Of a DNA stretch of 64,000 nt, positions 1-13,328 are shown piece by piece. Each line of letters begins with the position of its first letter. The stretch's first letter is position 1. The position numbers and the translations under genes were made by a program. This DNA is from Macrostomum hystrix (Eukaryota; Animalia; Platyhelminthes): contig CATNEN010000039.1 in assembly GCA_950097015.1 (NCBI GenBank), positions 4,154,001 to 4,218,000 on the forward strand, read 5' to 3'. The notes under the pieces were generated by a model that made no database searches, had not been told where the DNA came from, and worked only from the letters and a program-made list of their open reading frames with translations.

Positions 1-365
1 ATCTGGCCCTATTTGGAGCAGGTGTTTCAATTATTATTACTAAATTATTTTTTAATTAAAGGAAGGCACACAAGTGGCACTAGACAAAGTACCACAAAGT
101 GCAAAGTACACAGACAACAAGCGATGCAGGTAACTCATTCACGATGTGGTTGAAATTTTGTAATTAACTGCAAACCAATGTAGACTTAAATTTTGCCATT
201 GAAAAGCGAGCACTGTTAATTGAATAGCGTAGTGCTGCCCAAAGCAGAAATTGTACAATAAAGACTATTCATGAAGATTCGATGCTAATAAACTAGTCAA
301 CTGAGCATTGGTTGTCGAGTAAAAGGGATATTTTAGAACGAATGTCTCGATCGCTGGTCGCAATT

Positions 366-3300
366 CTAGCTGAAGCCGACACTGCGTCGTAAGTTAGAAA
401 GGCCCAAGCTGCTCACAGACCGCCTGCTGGTGCGCGCATACTTCTGGTGCTCCAAGTGCTGCTGCTGCTGCTGCTGCTGTTCAGACTGTTGCTGATGGCA
501 GGTGATAGCAGGTGGCTGATCATCTGTTGACGCGGCTGGCGTTGAGTAGACCGAATAGCAGCGGCCAGTAGCCGCAAGGCTGCGGCTGAACAACGAAAGC
601 GCATGCTTAGTGGACGACGATGCAGCTGGTGACGTCATTAACTTTAGATTATAGCACCTAGGAAATGTTGAAATGTGGTTTCATGAAAAATGTGTCGATA
701 GAGGGACTTGTGTTCATAGGGAGACAGGTGTTGATAGGGAGACAGGTGTTGATAGGGAGACAGGTGTTGATAGGGACACAGGTGTTAATAGAGAGACAGG
801 TGCTGATATGGAGACAGGTGTTGATGTGGAGACAGGTGTTGATGTGGAGACAGGTGTTGATAGTGAGGCAGGTTGATAGGGAGACAGGTGTTGATAGTGA
901 GGCAGGTTGATAGGGAGACAGGTGTTGATAGTGAGACAGGTGTTAATAGTGAGACAGGTGTTGGTAGTGAGACATGTGCTGATAGGGAGACAGGTGTTGA
1001 TAGTGAGACAGGTGTTGATAGTGAGACATGTGCTGATAGTGAGACAGGTGCTGATAGTGAGACAGGTGCTGATAGTGAGACATGTGCTGATAGTGAGACA
1101 GGTTGATAGGGAGACAGGTGTTGATAGTGAGACAGGTGTTGATAGTGAGACAGGTGTTAATAGTGAGACAGGTGTTGATAGTGAGACATGTGCTGATAGG
1201 GAGACAGGTGTTGATAGTGAGACAGGTGTTGATAGTGAGACATGTGCTGATAGTGAGACAGGTTGATAGGGAGACAGGTGTTGATAGTGAGACAGGTGTT
1301 GAGAGGGAGACAGGTGCTGATAGTGAGACAGGTTGATAGTGAGACAGGTGTTGATAGTGAGACAGGTTGATAGGGAGACAGGTTGATGGTGAGACAGGTG
1401 TTGATAGTGAGACAGGTTGATAGGGAGACAGGTGTTGATAGGGAGACAGGTGTTGATAGGGAGACAGGTGTTGATAGGGAGACAGGTGTTGATAGGGAGA
1501 CAGGTGTTGATAGGGAGACATGTGTTGATAGGGAGACAGGTGTTGATAGAGACTTGTTGTTTCCTATAACAAAGCCCACATTCCATGGTTGCCCTTTTAC
1601 AGTGAAACGCTAGTTTTGATTTTCATCACGTGACCTGCACCGTGCTGGCGATGAATTCGCTCTACTAAACTGCAAATTTTTTTTCGCTCGCAGTTGCGTC
1701 CAGTTTCATAGAAGCATTTTTCCAGCGAAGTGTGCCGCTCACTTTCATGAGAATATGAAAACTATTGCGGTTGGAAACGAAGCGTGGGAGCCGATGTAAA
1801 AAAAGAGATTGAACCATAAAAAAATCTGAAAAATCTGGCGGCAGGAGAGACGGAGGCACAGAAACAAGCGGAAACCTAAGCCAACTCACTGTGCTGAATG
1901 GCAGACAGTTGCCAGGGAGAGTTCGCGCTTATCCTCTGCCCATACCTCTTCGCCAGGCTGCGCTGGCGGCGGCGGCGTCGGTGGCACGTGGGACTGGAAT
2001 TTGGCGGAATTTTCTTAGAAAATTTGTTCGGCAAATGAAAAAACGAGTTGGAAACTTGAGTTGGAAACTGCAACTGATTCGCGGATAAGAGACTGTGCGA
2101 AAACCGGGGCACGTGATGCGCCAAAAGTACATTTGAATTCGCGCAGCTTGGAAGTTATTGAAACTGCTGCTGGTTATTTTCGAACACGCGCTTAGTATTT
2201 TAGATTGCAAAAATTCTTCTTCTCCAGAAATTTTAAGGACATGAAAATTTTAAGGAAGCGAGATCTTTTTGATGTGAGGTCTTTATGACGTGAGATCTTC
2301 CCGATGTGAAGAATTATGAGTTCTTCTGAAATTGTCCATGAATTGTAAATGGAATGACTACCTGCTTAGATTATTTTCATCTCTTACTCACAAATGCAGC
2401 TTCCGCAGCCTGAGCCACTGCAGACGACGAAATCGCAGCTTCGAGTGCCCTGCACCGACGCTTCCAGCTGTCGCAGTCGACCTTGAGGGCTCCTGTCTGG
2501 AGGGAGTGAGTGACGCGGCTTCAGCAAGTTGAAACTTTATAACAGAAATAACATTTGAGCTTTAAACGGCTTCCTAAGTCATGGGATCCCCTTCCCTATT
2601 CCCTATGCTCAAAAATTTTATTTTCACAGCCCTAAAGCACTCAGCGCCAGAACACACCACTCTGGCAGTCTCTGAGCTCTGTGGGATCTCGTTGGGAACA
2701 AACGGCACACACCGGGGCTGAGTGGCAGAGCGCAGAGGTCCCTGACCTCGATTCCGCGGCGAGGCCACATTCATTTGGGGCGCAGTCGCGGAGAGAAGGC
2801 TTGGGGGCTTGTCGTGCAATTTTCGCCCTTGAGGGCCAACCTCCAAGGCACAGTGAAGTGTACACTGCCTGACAATGAGAAAGTCAGGCCAGATGTGCAC
2901 ACCTGTGTGATCGAATGTCTGCGTACAGTATCTGTGTGCGTGTCTGCTCAGGAGTCAGCGAAATGGGCAGAATTGCCTCCTAGCATGCTGCGGGTCCATT
3001 GCCCACAGCCCTCCAGCAATAAGTATTATTAAAAACGGCACCAGTCTCGCACCAGTCTCGCGGTTGCCTGAGCTGCGCTAATCCTGGCCTCCATCAGTGC
3101 TAGAGTTTCTGTCACTCTTTCTCCCAGCATATTCATTCGTTCGTTCAGAATCGCCTTTTCAGAATCGTTGTTGACTTCGTTGTGGTTGTCCACCTTCGCC
3201 TGAGGTTCTTTAGTCGTCTTGCGTCGCAGTCCACCAAGAAGTAGCAGAGATCGGCGATGATGGCGCGTCTCGGGCGGCAGATGCTGCTGTAGCGGCGTCT

Positions 3301-5972
3301 GATACGTCAAAAGCAACTGGGATAATTGCGACTCCACTTTGAGCAGTTGCAGCTCACGATCTGCCAGCTGTCGCAGCAGCTCGTCGGTGCTCGCGACGGC
3401 GTCGGAGGCCTGGCGAACCTGGTTGAGCTGCCATTTGAAAAGTAATTTGTTTATGCTCAGGGGTTCTATTTCATCTTGAATAATTAATTCAGCCTCTGAG
3501 AAATAAAAGATTGATAGAAAAAATCATGCATTATTGACGAAGACCTGTTGAAGATTGAGTTCACCTGTTGAAGATGGAGGTCACCTGTTGAAGATGGAGG
3601 TCACCTGTTGAAGAGGGTGTTCACCTGTTGAAGATGGAGGTCACCTGTTAAAGATGGAGTTCACCTGTTGAAGATGGAGGTCACCTGTTGAAGATGAGGG
3701 TCACTTGTTAAAGATGGAGTTCTCCTGTTGAATATGGAGGTCTCCTGTTGAAGATGGAGGTAACCTGTTGAAGATAAAGGGTTTCCTGTTGAAGATGGAG
3801 GTCACCTGTTAAAGATGGAGTTCACCTGTTGAAGATAGAGGTCACCTGTTAAAGATGGAGTTCTCCTGTTGAAGATAGATAAAAGAGGTGAGAGCATTGA
3901 TTATCTGATAGATTTTTTTCCTGTTGGTTTAGTACCCCGGGTGGTCGTATGTTTCATAGAACTGTGTACTTATTATAGACTATAGAATTGTCCGTTCGGT
4001 GGCAATGTCAGAAAATTGACTTTTTCTATTGTTTTATGCCATGCCGCCACATGGGATTTCCTTCCCTATTGTGCCGGCTGAATTGAAACAATGGGATCTG
4101 CGAACTGGTCCCGGAAGTATCTACAGACACAATACCCGTGGTCTCGGATGAAATCTGTCATCGTCTCAGTGCGAGTCTGTCCTACAAAAAGTCTGTTAAT
4201 TTTTATAGAAAGTATAAAAAACTCTGTATTCACAGAGTCCCCTCACCTCAGCCTTGACTCGCAGCCACTCCCTATCGGAATTGCGACTGGACCAGCTGAG
4301 CAGCTCCCGACAGGCCGACAGCTGGGCCTCCAGTCCGGAGCATCGGCTGCTCAGCTGAGTAGCTTCGGCTCGTAGCTCCAGCTCGGCATGCTTCCGCTCG
4401 GCAATCACGGCCTTCAGAATTGTTTTTTTCGAGAACTTTTTTATAAACGAGTTTATAAAACGAGTTTTTATAAAAGGTCACAAAATCCCAAGGTCACAAA
4501 ATCCCAAGGTCACAAAATCCCAAGGTCACAAAATCCCAAGGTCACAAAATCCCAAGGTCACAAAATCCCAAGGTCACAAAATCCCAAGGTCACAAAATCC
4601 CAAGGCCCAATCCAGTCACCTCTTCAACAGCCCGCAGTCTTTCTGTCTCGCCACTCGCTCGAAGCTCCTCCAGTTGATGTCGGAGGCCGTACAGTTCATC
4701 GTGAGTCCTTAGACTGCTCTGCTCAATTGACTCTAGCTGGCTGCAACGCTCGGAATATTCTGTTGAAAATATGGTAAAAATGGAAAAAAATTATTTTGAC
4801 TGTAAGTGGAATAAAAAATTATTGTAGATTCTAAGGGAATTCTAGAATTCTAGAATAATTCAAGAATCGTTTCAGGAAATGAAATCGTCTTGGGGAGTGA
4901 AATCATTTTAGGGATTGGAATCGTCTTAGGGATTGGAATCGTCTTAGGGATTGGAATCGCCTTAGGGATCGGAATCGTCTTAGGGATCGGAATCGTCTTA
5001 GGGATTGGAATCGTCTTAGGGATTGGAATCGCCTTAGGGATCGGAATCGTTTTAGGGTGTCGAATTGGAGTGGCATCGTCCCTAATAGATGATGTCGTCG
5101 TGTCGCTCACCTAGAGCTCTCTTTCTAAGAGCTTCAATTTCTTCCAGCAATCCATGGCGTTCGCGACCCAACTCGTCGAGCTTGAGCTCCAAATCTTTGA
5201 TTTTAGCCTCGGCCGCAGCGACCGCCAGATCTACCGAATGGTCCGCTGCTTGAGATGAGGCGTGGCTGAAGTTACAGCTAGTCTGTGGGCATTTGGAGGG
5301 CCTGCTGTGTGAACTATCGTAATTTGCATGACAAACCTTCAAGCCTTCTCACCGCTGCTGCGTCCCAAATTAATGTGACGTCGCCGCGTATTCGAGCTTC
5401 ACAGAGATGTCAGTTTTAACAGTTGATGCAATTTTACTGATACTGAATTTTAATGTTCCTGCCGCCATCTACCTGAGTAGCTGACTCGGTAGAAGCAGCC
5501 GCAACAGCCGCTGAGTCCCTTAGCTGGGCTAGCTCCAGCATCAGCCGCGCCATCTGCTCTCTGAGCTGATCATTTTCTTCAGCAAGCTCCGAGCACAACA
5601 GCTCATCGCGTCCCTCCTCCGGCAGCTCCTTGAGTCTCTCGTGATCGTCCGCGGGGCAATCTTCAACAGCAGCGGCTTCGACAAGTTCGACGCTACGACG
5701 CTGGTGTCGAAGCTGTCTCTGAAGCTCACGCTCAAGGTCGCTGATGTACTCGGCGCTGTCCTGCAGCTGGGCGCTGAGCTGGCAACGCTCTCGGGTCAGC
5801 TCGCGACACCGAGCTTCCTCGCGCTTCAACCGGTGTTCCAGCGCTTCCACGTAGCTCTCGGAGCACTCCTCTGTCTCGCCATCTTCGCTATGGCTGTCGT
5901 TATCTTCGTCAGCTGGTGACTTGACTGGTGATTTTGGCTGGTAGTTTTGACCACCGCTAGCAGCTCTGAAGT
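366..5972 (-). CDS. Multi-exon coiled-coil protein of unknown family (5' end and 3' exon phasing uncertain)
   Basis: Heptad-rich E/L/R/Q ORF segments bounded by AG/GT sites: ~5972-5473, ~5245-5111, ~4759-4620, 4411-4247, 3427-3053, then less certain 2534-2392, ~1993-1891 and ~641-366. No recognisable domain. Further upstream exons are likely (donor near 7104, acceptor near 7782). Confidence 0.6.
715..1551. repeat. Minisatellite, 18-bp unit GATAG(T/G)GAGACAGGTGTT
   Basis: More than 40 tandem copies with 16-bp variants; intronic. Confidence 0.95.
2714..3030 (+). mobile_element. tRNA-derived SINE family A, copy 1
   Basis: GGGGCTGAGTGGCAGAGCG A-box-like head, CTCGATTCC B-box-like motif, shared body (GGCCACATTCATTTGGGGCGCAG...GTGTACACTGCCTGA...GAATTGCCTC) and AT-rich tail; homologous to four other copies in the window. 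Confidence 0.75.
3544..3878. repeat. Minisatellite, 20-bp unit CACCTGTTGAAGATGGAGGT
   Basis: Tandem copies; intronic. Confidence 0.95.
4476..4605. repeat. Minisatellite, 16-bp unit GGTCACAAAATCCCAA
   Basis: About 8 copies next to a splice donor. Confidence 0.95.
4881..5060. repeat. Minisatellite, 18-bp unit GGATTGGAATCGTCTTAG
   Basis: Tandem copies; intronic. Confidence 0.9.
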
Positions 5973-6084
5973 CTGAGGAATTTTCAAAGCTTTTGAAGAG
6001 GTGATGAATGCGAATCTTGCATGAAAACAATGCGATCCTAGATCCTACTGAAGTTTTGAGATTTCGGCACGACCGAGAAGCTAA

Positions 6085-6645
6085 ATTTTATCACAGCTGA
6101 CCCTCAAACGACTCTGGGGAGATGGCCCAACGACCCCATTTTATTACCGCTAACCCTCAAACGACTGTGGAGAGACAGCCCAACCACCCCATTTTATCAC
6201 CGCTAACCCTCAAACGACTGTGGAGAGACAGCCCAACCACCCCATTTTATCACCGCTAACCCTCAAACGACTGTGGGGAGATGGCCCAACCACCCCATTT
6301 TATCACCGCTAACCCTCAAACGACTGTGGGGAGATGGCCCAACCACCCCATTTTATCACCGCTAACCCTCAAACGACTGTGGGGAGATGGCCCAACCACC
6401 CCATTTTATCACCGCTAACCCTCAAACGACTGTGGGGAGATGGCCCAACCACCCAATTTTATCACCGCTAACCCTCAAACGACTGTGGGGAGATGGCCCA
6501 ACCACCCCATTTTATCACCGCTAACCCTCAAATGACTGTGGAGAGACAGCCCAACCACCCAATTTTATCACCGCTAACCCTCAAATGACTTTGGGGAGAC
6601 GGCCCAACCACCCAACCACCCCAATCTGACCCTTAAATGACTGTG
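6085..6645. repeat. Minisatellite, 53-bp unit CCCCATTTTATCACCGCTAACCCTCAAACGACTGTGGGGAGATGGCCCAACCA
   Basis: About 10 copies. Confidence 0.95.
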
Positions 6646-7842
6646 TGAAGTCAGGCAAACAACCCAATTAGATCAAAGCTGAGCCTTACAAGTAGTGACT
6701 TACTAAAAAATAGTATTCGCACAAGCAGTAAGAGCCTGCATTTACGCCACTGAACGAATCGAAAAGCGGCGGGCAAAAGCCCGTTAGGCCGAGAATCAGA
6801 TATATAAACCAAGAGATAAGGAGGGTGACACGAGTTAGGACGGGCCAAAGGGTAAGGAAAGAGAGGAAAGAGATACAAACAGCTAGCCAATCAGAGACGA
6901 GGGAAAGGAAAGAGAAGTGAAGGTTAGCTAAGAAGGTAAACAGATGGAGGGAGAGAGGAGAAAGTACTTTAAGAAGGCGCGTGAGTGTAAACAAACAGAG
7001 AGAAGGAAGAACTATTAACATCACGTGGCTTGAATTTTAACCAGATAATTTTATCACAACACTTAATCATGCTGAAACAGAATCTACAATAGCATTAAAC
7101 TTACCCCAAAACTTTCGATGCGTCATTAACGTTGGCTTGGACATTGCTTATCAATTAGATTTGAAACACCTACATAGTCAGGACAAGAAATGATTCGGTA
7201 CGACTTTCCACCTTCACAATTTACACTAAACGAACAGAAAATCAACTTTTCTGGGCACAAATTGTATTTTCAGGACGTAAAACACAACAGCAGCTGTTTT
7301 ATACAAGGCAAAATAATGACTGAATCAACAAGCCACTCACTGCTCAAACTGCTGACCGGCTTGAGTGAGGAATGAAAAGATTGGGATCTGAAATACCAAG
7401 CAACTGCGCCTCTCTGCGCGAGTTTGCTCCCGCTGTCTCTGTCCCTGAATCGCCGCAGAGGCCCTCCATTTGAGGTTTATTAGAAAGACAGGCGAATTAT
7501 ACTCCAGTCAAATTGTACACCGCACACTTGAGCACAGTTTAACCCACAATCCCCAATAATCACAGAAGCCACTGTTGCAGTCTGCAGCGGGGGAACCTTG
7601 AACTGCAATTCCAGGAAAGGAGCAGAGTGTGTGGGCAGTCGACGCAGAAACAGGGTCTGAGAAAAGGAAGTGGATAATGGACAGGATCTGATGGCCTGGC
7701 AGAACTCCAGCAAAGACTTGCTTTCCGCCCTTCAGAAGACGGAATAGAAATGCCGAAACCGGGTGTAATTTTTACCATTACCTGAAAAAACGGCTCTATG
7801 AAGCTAAATATAGTAATTTGGTTTGGTACAGTTCACTCAATT

Positions 7843-8224
7843 TCCTTCACCCTTTACGGTAATTTCTCGCCCTTCACAGTAATTTCTCACCCTTCACAGT
7901 CATTTCTCACCCTTCACAGTCATTTCTCACCCTTCACAGTCATTTCTCACCCTTCACAGTCATTTCTCACCCTTCACAGTCATTTCTCACCCTTCACAGT
8001 CATTTCTCACCCTTCACAGTCATTTCTCACCCTTCACAGTCATTTCTCACCCTTCACAGTCATTTCTCACCCTTGACAGTCATTTCTCACCCTTGACAGT
8101 CATTTCTCACCCTTCACAGTCATTTCTCACCCTTCACAGTCATTTCTCACCCTTCACAGTCATTTCTCACCCTTCACAGTCATTTCTCACCCTTCACAGT
8201 CATTTCTCACCCTTCACAGTAATT
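7843..8224. repeat. Minisatellite, 20-bp unit CATTTCTCACCCTTCACAGT
   Basis: Near-perfect tandem copies. Confidence 0.95.
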
Positions 8225-9100
8225 TATTAGTTAAATTCTCAGCCCCTTTCTAACACAATTTTACCCATCAGCATTCCCAGAATATGTTCCCATCTGATGA
8301 ATTGAGAATATGATTCAATTTTCCATGCTAAAATGAGCACATCGTTGGTAGGTATATTTGCAGTTTAAAACAGTGCAAACCCGCATGCCCTAGGGTACAG
8401 ACCTGGTCGATTGAGACTAGTCTCAAAAAGATTGATTGTAAGCCCAGTGTGGACCAGCATAAAATATCGATAACTAAAAAAGAGGCATTTGGATTTGGAA
8501 GGGGCATTTAAGGCTATTATCAGGGACTACTCGGGACGGCAAACGGCCAATTCATGCAGAAATGTTTATGATTCCGATTTTCAAAGTTTTCTGCTGACCA
8601 GAATTTTACTCGTGGGAGTTTAGCTTTTTTGACACGTGGGCAAAAATTATACCTTTATAACCTGCAGCAAGCAGTTTTAACCGAAACACTTTATGAACCG
8701 ATCTGAAACACGTTTTTACAGTAACTTCAGATTCCGTTCAGAAAGCAGCTAAAAGCCAATGTCTATGGCAGAAACCAGTTGCGTATTTAGTAGTCCCTGG
8801 CTATTACGAGTATCTGTTCCACCTGGCATTGTAATCTACAGCCAATTGTGCACTCATTTCTAAGCCAACACAGAGATAGGAAGGCAGTTGGTGTCTAGGT
8901 ACGGGGGCAGCCCGCCCTGTCCCCAGTCCTTCTGTCGCCCTATCAGGGGCCGCCAGAGCGCCTGGACAGAAAAGGGAAAGAGAGACACAACAAGAACAGA
9001 GAATTTGCTTTCAGATATAATCAAACTGCTTTGAAGACAGAAATTCCAACCCTACTGCTTGAAGATTGTAGGCCATATTGATATTGCAGCTCTGTTTCCC

Positions 9101-12100
9101 ATGCGACCAGCGTCACAATTCACCAGCTTCGCCTGCTACCAACCGGAAACAGCTGGGACTGGGCAGGAATCGTGGCCGCCTCTGCCGGTGCCACCGCCTT
9201 CGTCATTGGCTGCATTGCATAGGGCAATGCTGCACTGGCAGCACAGCTACCCGCCGACCCTGCCGCCGCCGCCGCCGCCGCCACCACCGCCGCCGCCGTT
9301 GCAGAACTATCATCATCGGTGGATGCCACATCAGCATCGAAATCAGGACACTGCCGAAGTTGAAAAGCAGCGATTTGACAACAATCGACTGCTCGAAGCC
9401 TGCCTAGAGGGCCGCACAGTGCTGGCCTTCAGCGGCGGCGGCGAGAAACGCCTCTGCTTGCCGCAGGTTCTGCACGAGGTCCTCCTGGCGGCTGGGCTGG
9501 ACTTGGAGACCATCGGGCAGGCCTGCGATCAGCTTGGCGTTCTCTGCCAGCGCTGCGACCCGCACCAGATGGCCATCCTGCGACACCACCGCGTGTTCGA
9601 CCCCGGCCTGGAGAGCTGCGGCCTCATCACTCAGTCGGACGCCGAGAGGCTCTGCAAGACGCTGCTCTGCGGCCGCGGGGCGCCGCCCCTGACTCGGCCG
9701 CTGATGCCGGAGGATGAGCGAATCGGCGTGCGGCACCGCTGCTTCGGTAAGCAGCGCGGCTTCCTGCTGCTGCAGCTGTACACCGGGCCCAGGGAGCCTT
9801 GCATCGCCTGTGCCGACTGCTGCCGGCTGCACACGCCGGCCCAGTTTGTGGGCCACGCACATCGGCCAGGCGAGGTGGCCACCTGTCACTGGGGCTTCGA
9901 GTCGGCTAAATGGAGGCGCTACCTGCTGCTGGACTCGCGCTTGCCCGAGGGCAGCGTTCAGCGACAGCGAGTCCAGGCCGCCCTGGAGGCCGTGAAAGCG
10001 CGCTTTTTAGATGCCGACGGAGTGAGTGGGACGGGCTCCGGGTCACGTGACAGTCAGTGTCAGATATCAACCAGTGTCAGATACAGACAAGTGCTATATG
10101 TGTTATTAGATACATGTACAAAACGTTATGGGATACAAAACACTGTTAGATACGAACCCCTGTAAGATACGAACCCCTGTTAGATTCGAACCCCTGTAAG
10201 ATACGAACCCCTGTTAGATACGAACCCTGTAAGATTCGAACCCCTGTAAGATACGAACCCCTGTTAGATACGAACCCCTGTTAGATTCGAACCCCTGTAA
10301 GATACGAACCCCTGTTAGATACGAACCCCTGTAAGATACGAACCCCTGTTAGATACGAACCCCTGTAAGATACGAACCCCTGTTAGATACAAACCCCTGT
10401 AAGATACGAACCCCTGTTAGATACGAACCCCTGTAAGATACGAACCCCTGTTAGATACGAACCGCTGTAAGATACGAACCCCTGTTAGATTCGAACCCCT
10501 GTAAGATACGAACCCCTGTTAGATTCGAACCCCTGAAAGATATGAACGAAAACCTGCCTTCACAGAATCGCCCGTTGGAGTGCTCAGACAGCTCAGTGAC
10601 CGCACATTTTTACAAGCCTGAACTGCTTGCTGACTTTGAGGAAGAGAAAATGGACTGGCAGCAGCAGCAGCAGCAGCAGCAGCATCGCCAAGAGAGGCTT
10701 CCACACGCGATGGGGCAAAGCTACAGATACGAAAAGCCTTACAGGTGAGTTCTCACATAATTTTTCAAATGTTTTACTGAACGCAAATCCAGTGACCACC
10801 TCTCCCACCCTCTCAGCCGACGTCGCCTATTTAGCCCCGGCCAGTATCAGCATCACAATCAGTACAATAACTATCAGCATCAGCAACAACGTTGTCAGCA
10901 GCAGCAGCAGCCGAGGCGCAACCGAATGTGCCGCAAGCAGATCTCGGCAGATGTTCGAAGATTTCACCGTAGGCCCCAGTCGCATTTTCCAGAACATCAA
11001 CACAGAACTGGCCTTGAGCAGCAGCATCATCAGCAGCAGCAGCATCGTCAGCAGCAGCAGCATCATCAGCAGCCGCGAGACATCCCGGATCACGTGACCC
11101 CGAATCAGCGTTTCTCTCGAGAGGACGCCGCCGCTGTGGCAGCGGCCGCAGCCGCACTTGACGACCTTCTTCTGCGCGAGGGCGCTGGTGCCGACGCCGC
11201 GGCTGAAGCCGAAGCGGAGGCGGCGCTCCACTCAGACTGGGAGGCGCTGGCGGACTGGGCCGAGGGTCACCTGCCAGAGAAGGCCACGCCCACGTTCCTG
11301 TCCATGGTGGAGCGGGTCAAGTCCGGCTACGCTGCCCGCATCGGTGGCCTCTGTAGATTTGTCGGCGCCGTCAGGCAGCAGCTGACGGTGCTGCAGCAGC
11401 TGCGGCAGCTGAGCGAACATCTTCAGGATCGCCAGCCTCAGTCAGGTGCGAATTCGGATGCTGAAGGGACTCTTTGAAGGCGAAGAGCCACTGAGACACT
11501 TGTGATGCTTGTCCTGTCACTTAGAAAAATTTCTGTCACTGAATATCCTATCAATTTGGCACAAACCTGTCACTCAACACTATCCTGTCACTCTCTCGCT
11601 TTGGCACCCTTTCTATCACTCAGAATTATTCACTTTAAGACTCTCGTTCACCTAGGTTATCTAATCACCTTGATTACTGAGCAGGTTCACCCCAAGAGAT
11701 CTGGAGCTCACTCTCAGCCCGGGGAAAAAGTTATATAGCTGGGATAGTATTGAAATTTAGGTGATTGTGGTCCATGGACTGAGAAGCTGTACGCAGTCTT
11801 TGGATGGGCTGCACAATAGCCGCGGCTGAACATCTGACCAAATATTCTATTTCTGGCAGATCTGGCAGAGCGACCGGCTGAGGAGCCCGTTGAAGAAGAC
11901 GACGAATCTCAGCAGGAGCAGCTGCTCGACGGCCACTTTGTTGTCATTGACGACAGCAGCAGTTTAGAGAACTCTCAGCGGGGAAATTTCGCTCTTCAAG
12001 AAGAGGACAGTAAAAACAACAACAACAACAACAACAACAACAAAAGCAACAGCAGCAGCAGAGACGACGCCTGTGGCGACAAGGAAAGGTTGAAGGGGCT

Positions 12101-12104
12101 ATAA
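9101..12104 (+). CDS. SKI: Ski/SnoN-family transcriptional co-repressor
   Basis: Exons 9101-10021, 10566-10744, 10817-11445 and 11860-12104 join in frame at GT/AG sites. Dachshund-homology domain (LEGRTVLAFSGGGEKRLCLPQVL...SCGLITQSDAERLC) followed by the SAND-like Smad4-binding domain (HRCFGKQRG...CIACADC...FVGHAH...TCHWGFESAKWRRYL); poly-P, poly-Q and poly-N tracts. Confidence 0.9.
10143..10535. repeat. Minisatellite, 17-bp unit GATACGAACCCCTGT(T/A)A
   Basis: Ski intron 1. Confidence 0.95.
11710..11840 (+). mobile_element. SINE family B fragment
   Basis: GTCCATGGACTGAGAAGCTGTACGCAG...CGGCTGAACATCTG matches the 3' part of 16274-16560. Confidence 0.5.
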
Positions 12105-12257
12105 TTAGTCGAAGGCCTCGAAATTTTAACACTGAATTTGTTTAGATTTCTACAGCCTTGCGTCAGTAATTAAAAGTAACAATTTCTTCAGCCGCTATAA
12201 AAACGTTAAGCCAGTTGCTTTCGTGAATTACTAGCTTGTGCTTCAATGATCTAAATG

Positions 12258-12775
12258 GATTGCTAGACTAAGCTGTACTATAATGAGTGGAAAGGATTGC
12301 TAGACTATGCTGAACTAGAATGAGTGGAAAGGATTGCTAGACTATGCTGGACTAGAATGAGTGGAAAGGATTGCTAGACTATGCTGAACTAGAATGAGTG
12401 GAAAGGATTGCTAGACTATGCTGAACTAGAATGAGTGGAAAGGATTGCTAGACTATGCTGGACTAGAATGAGTGGAAAGGATTGCTAGACTATGCTGGAC
12501 TAGAATGAGTGGAAAGGATTGCTAGACTATGCTGGACTAGAATGAGTAAAAAGGATTGCTAGACTATGCTGAACTAGAATGAGTGGAAAGGATTGCTAGA
12601 CTATGCTGAACTAGAATGAGTGGAAAGGATTGCTAGACTATGCTGAACTAGAATGAGTGGAAAGGATTGCTAGACTATTCTGAACTAGAATGAGTGGAAA
12701 GGATTGCTAGACTATGCTGAACTAGAATGAGTGGAAAAGATTGCTAGACTAGAATGAGTGGAAAGTATTGCTAGC
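12258..12775. repeat. Minisatellite, 37-bp unit GGATTGCTAGACTATGCTGAACTAGAATGAGTGGAAA
   Basis: Tandem copies downstream of the Ski stop. Confidence 0.95.
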
Positions 12776-13328
12776 CAAACGCCAATTTTTACCTTTTGCC
12801 GTTAACTCCATCGTTGTAAATCATCAAGCCATATTTGATTGGCGCGGTATTTCTGCTTGTCAATGACATCATATTGATTGCTGCTCACGCAATTCGGCTG
12901 CAAGTCGATCAGGTTAATTAAATGAATATTTGGAACTATAGACACCCAGAGATATGAGTCAGCCACCCGCGCCACTGCCCCCTACTCAGGTCCTTGCTGC
13001 CTTTTTGTGTTTTGGTCTCATAAATTATAATTTTTTTAACTGTTTTACTTCTCTACAGTAAGAAAAAGCTTTTTCTCAGAAATGCAACGAATTTTTTGTT
13101 TAGTTCTCAAACTGAGTTCAATGCTCACAAGCACCCGTATACAAACTTGTTACATTGTTATTCTCAACTCAACCCATCGTGTGTTTGAAGAATCATTGCT
13201 ATCGTTGCTCCGGCACTTACCTCTGAGAACTTTTATTTACACAAAACAGTCTTTTTGTTGTTTGTCTCAATTTGATTCTAATCTAACCAATTTGTTTATC
13301 TTGCCAACTGCTTGTTGTAGCAAGCACC

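Noticed and set aside
665-1613. Multiple long ORFs (RQVLIV / STPVSL repeats)
   Set aside because: Translations of the 18-bp minisatellite, open in several frames on both strands.
6085-6645. TAACCC telomere-like hexamer in the 53-bp repeat
   Set aside because: One hexamer per unit; not a telomeric tract.
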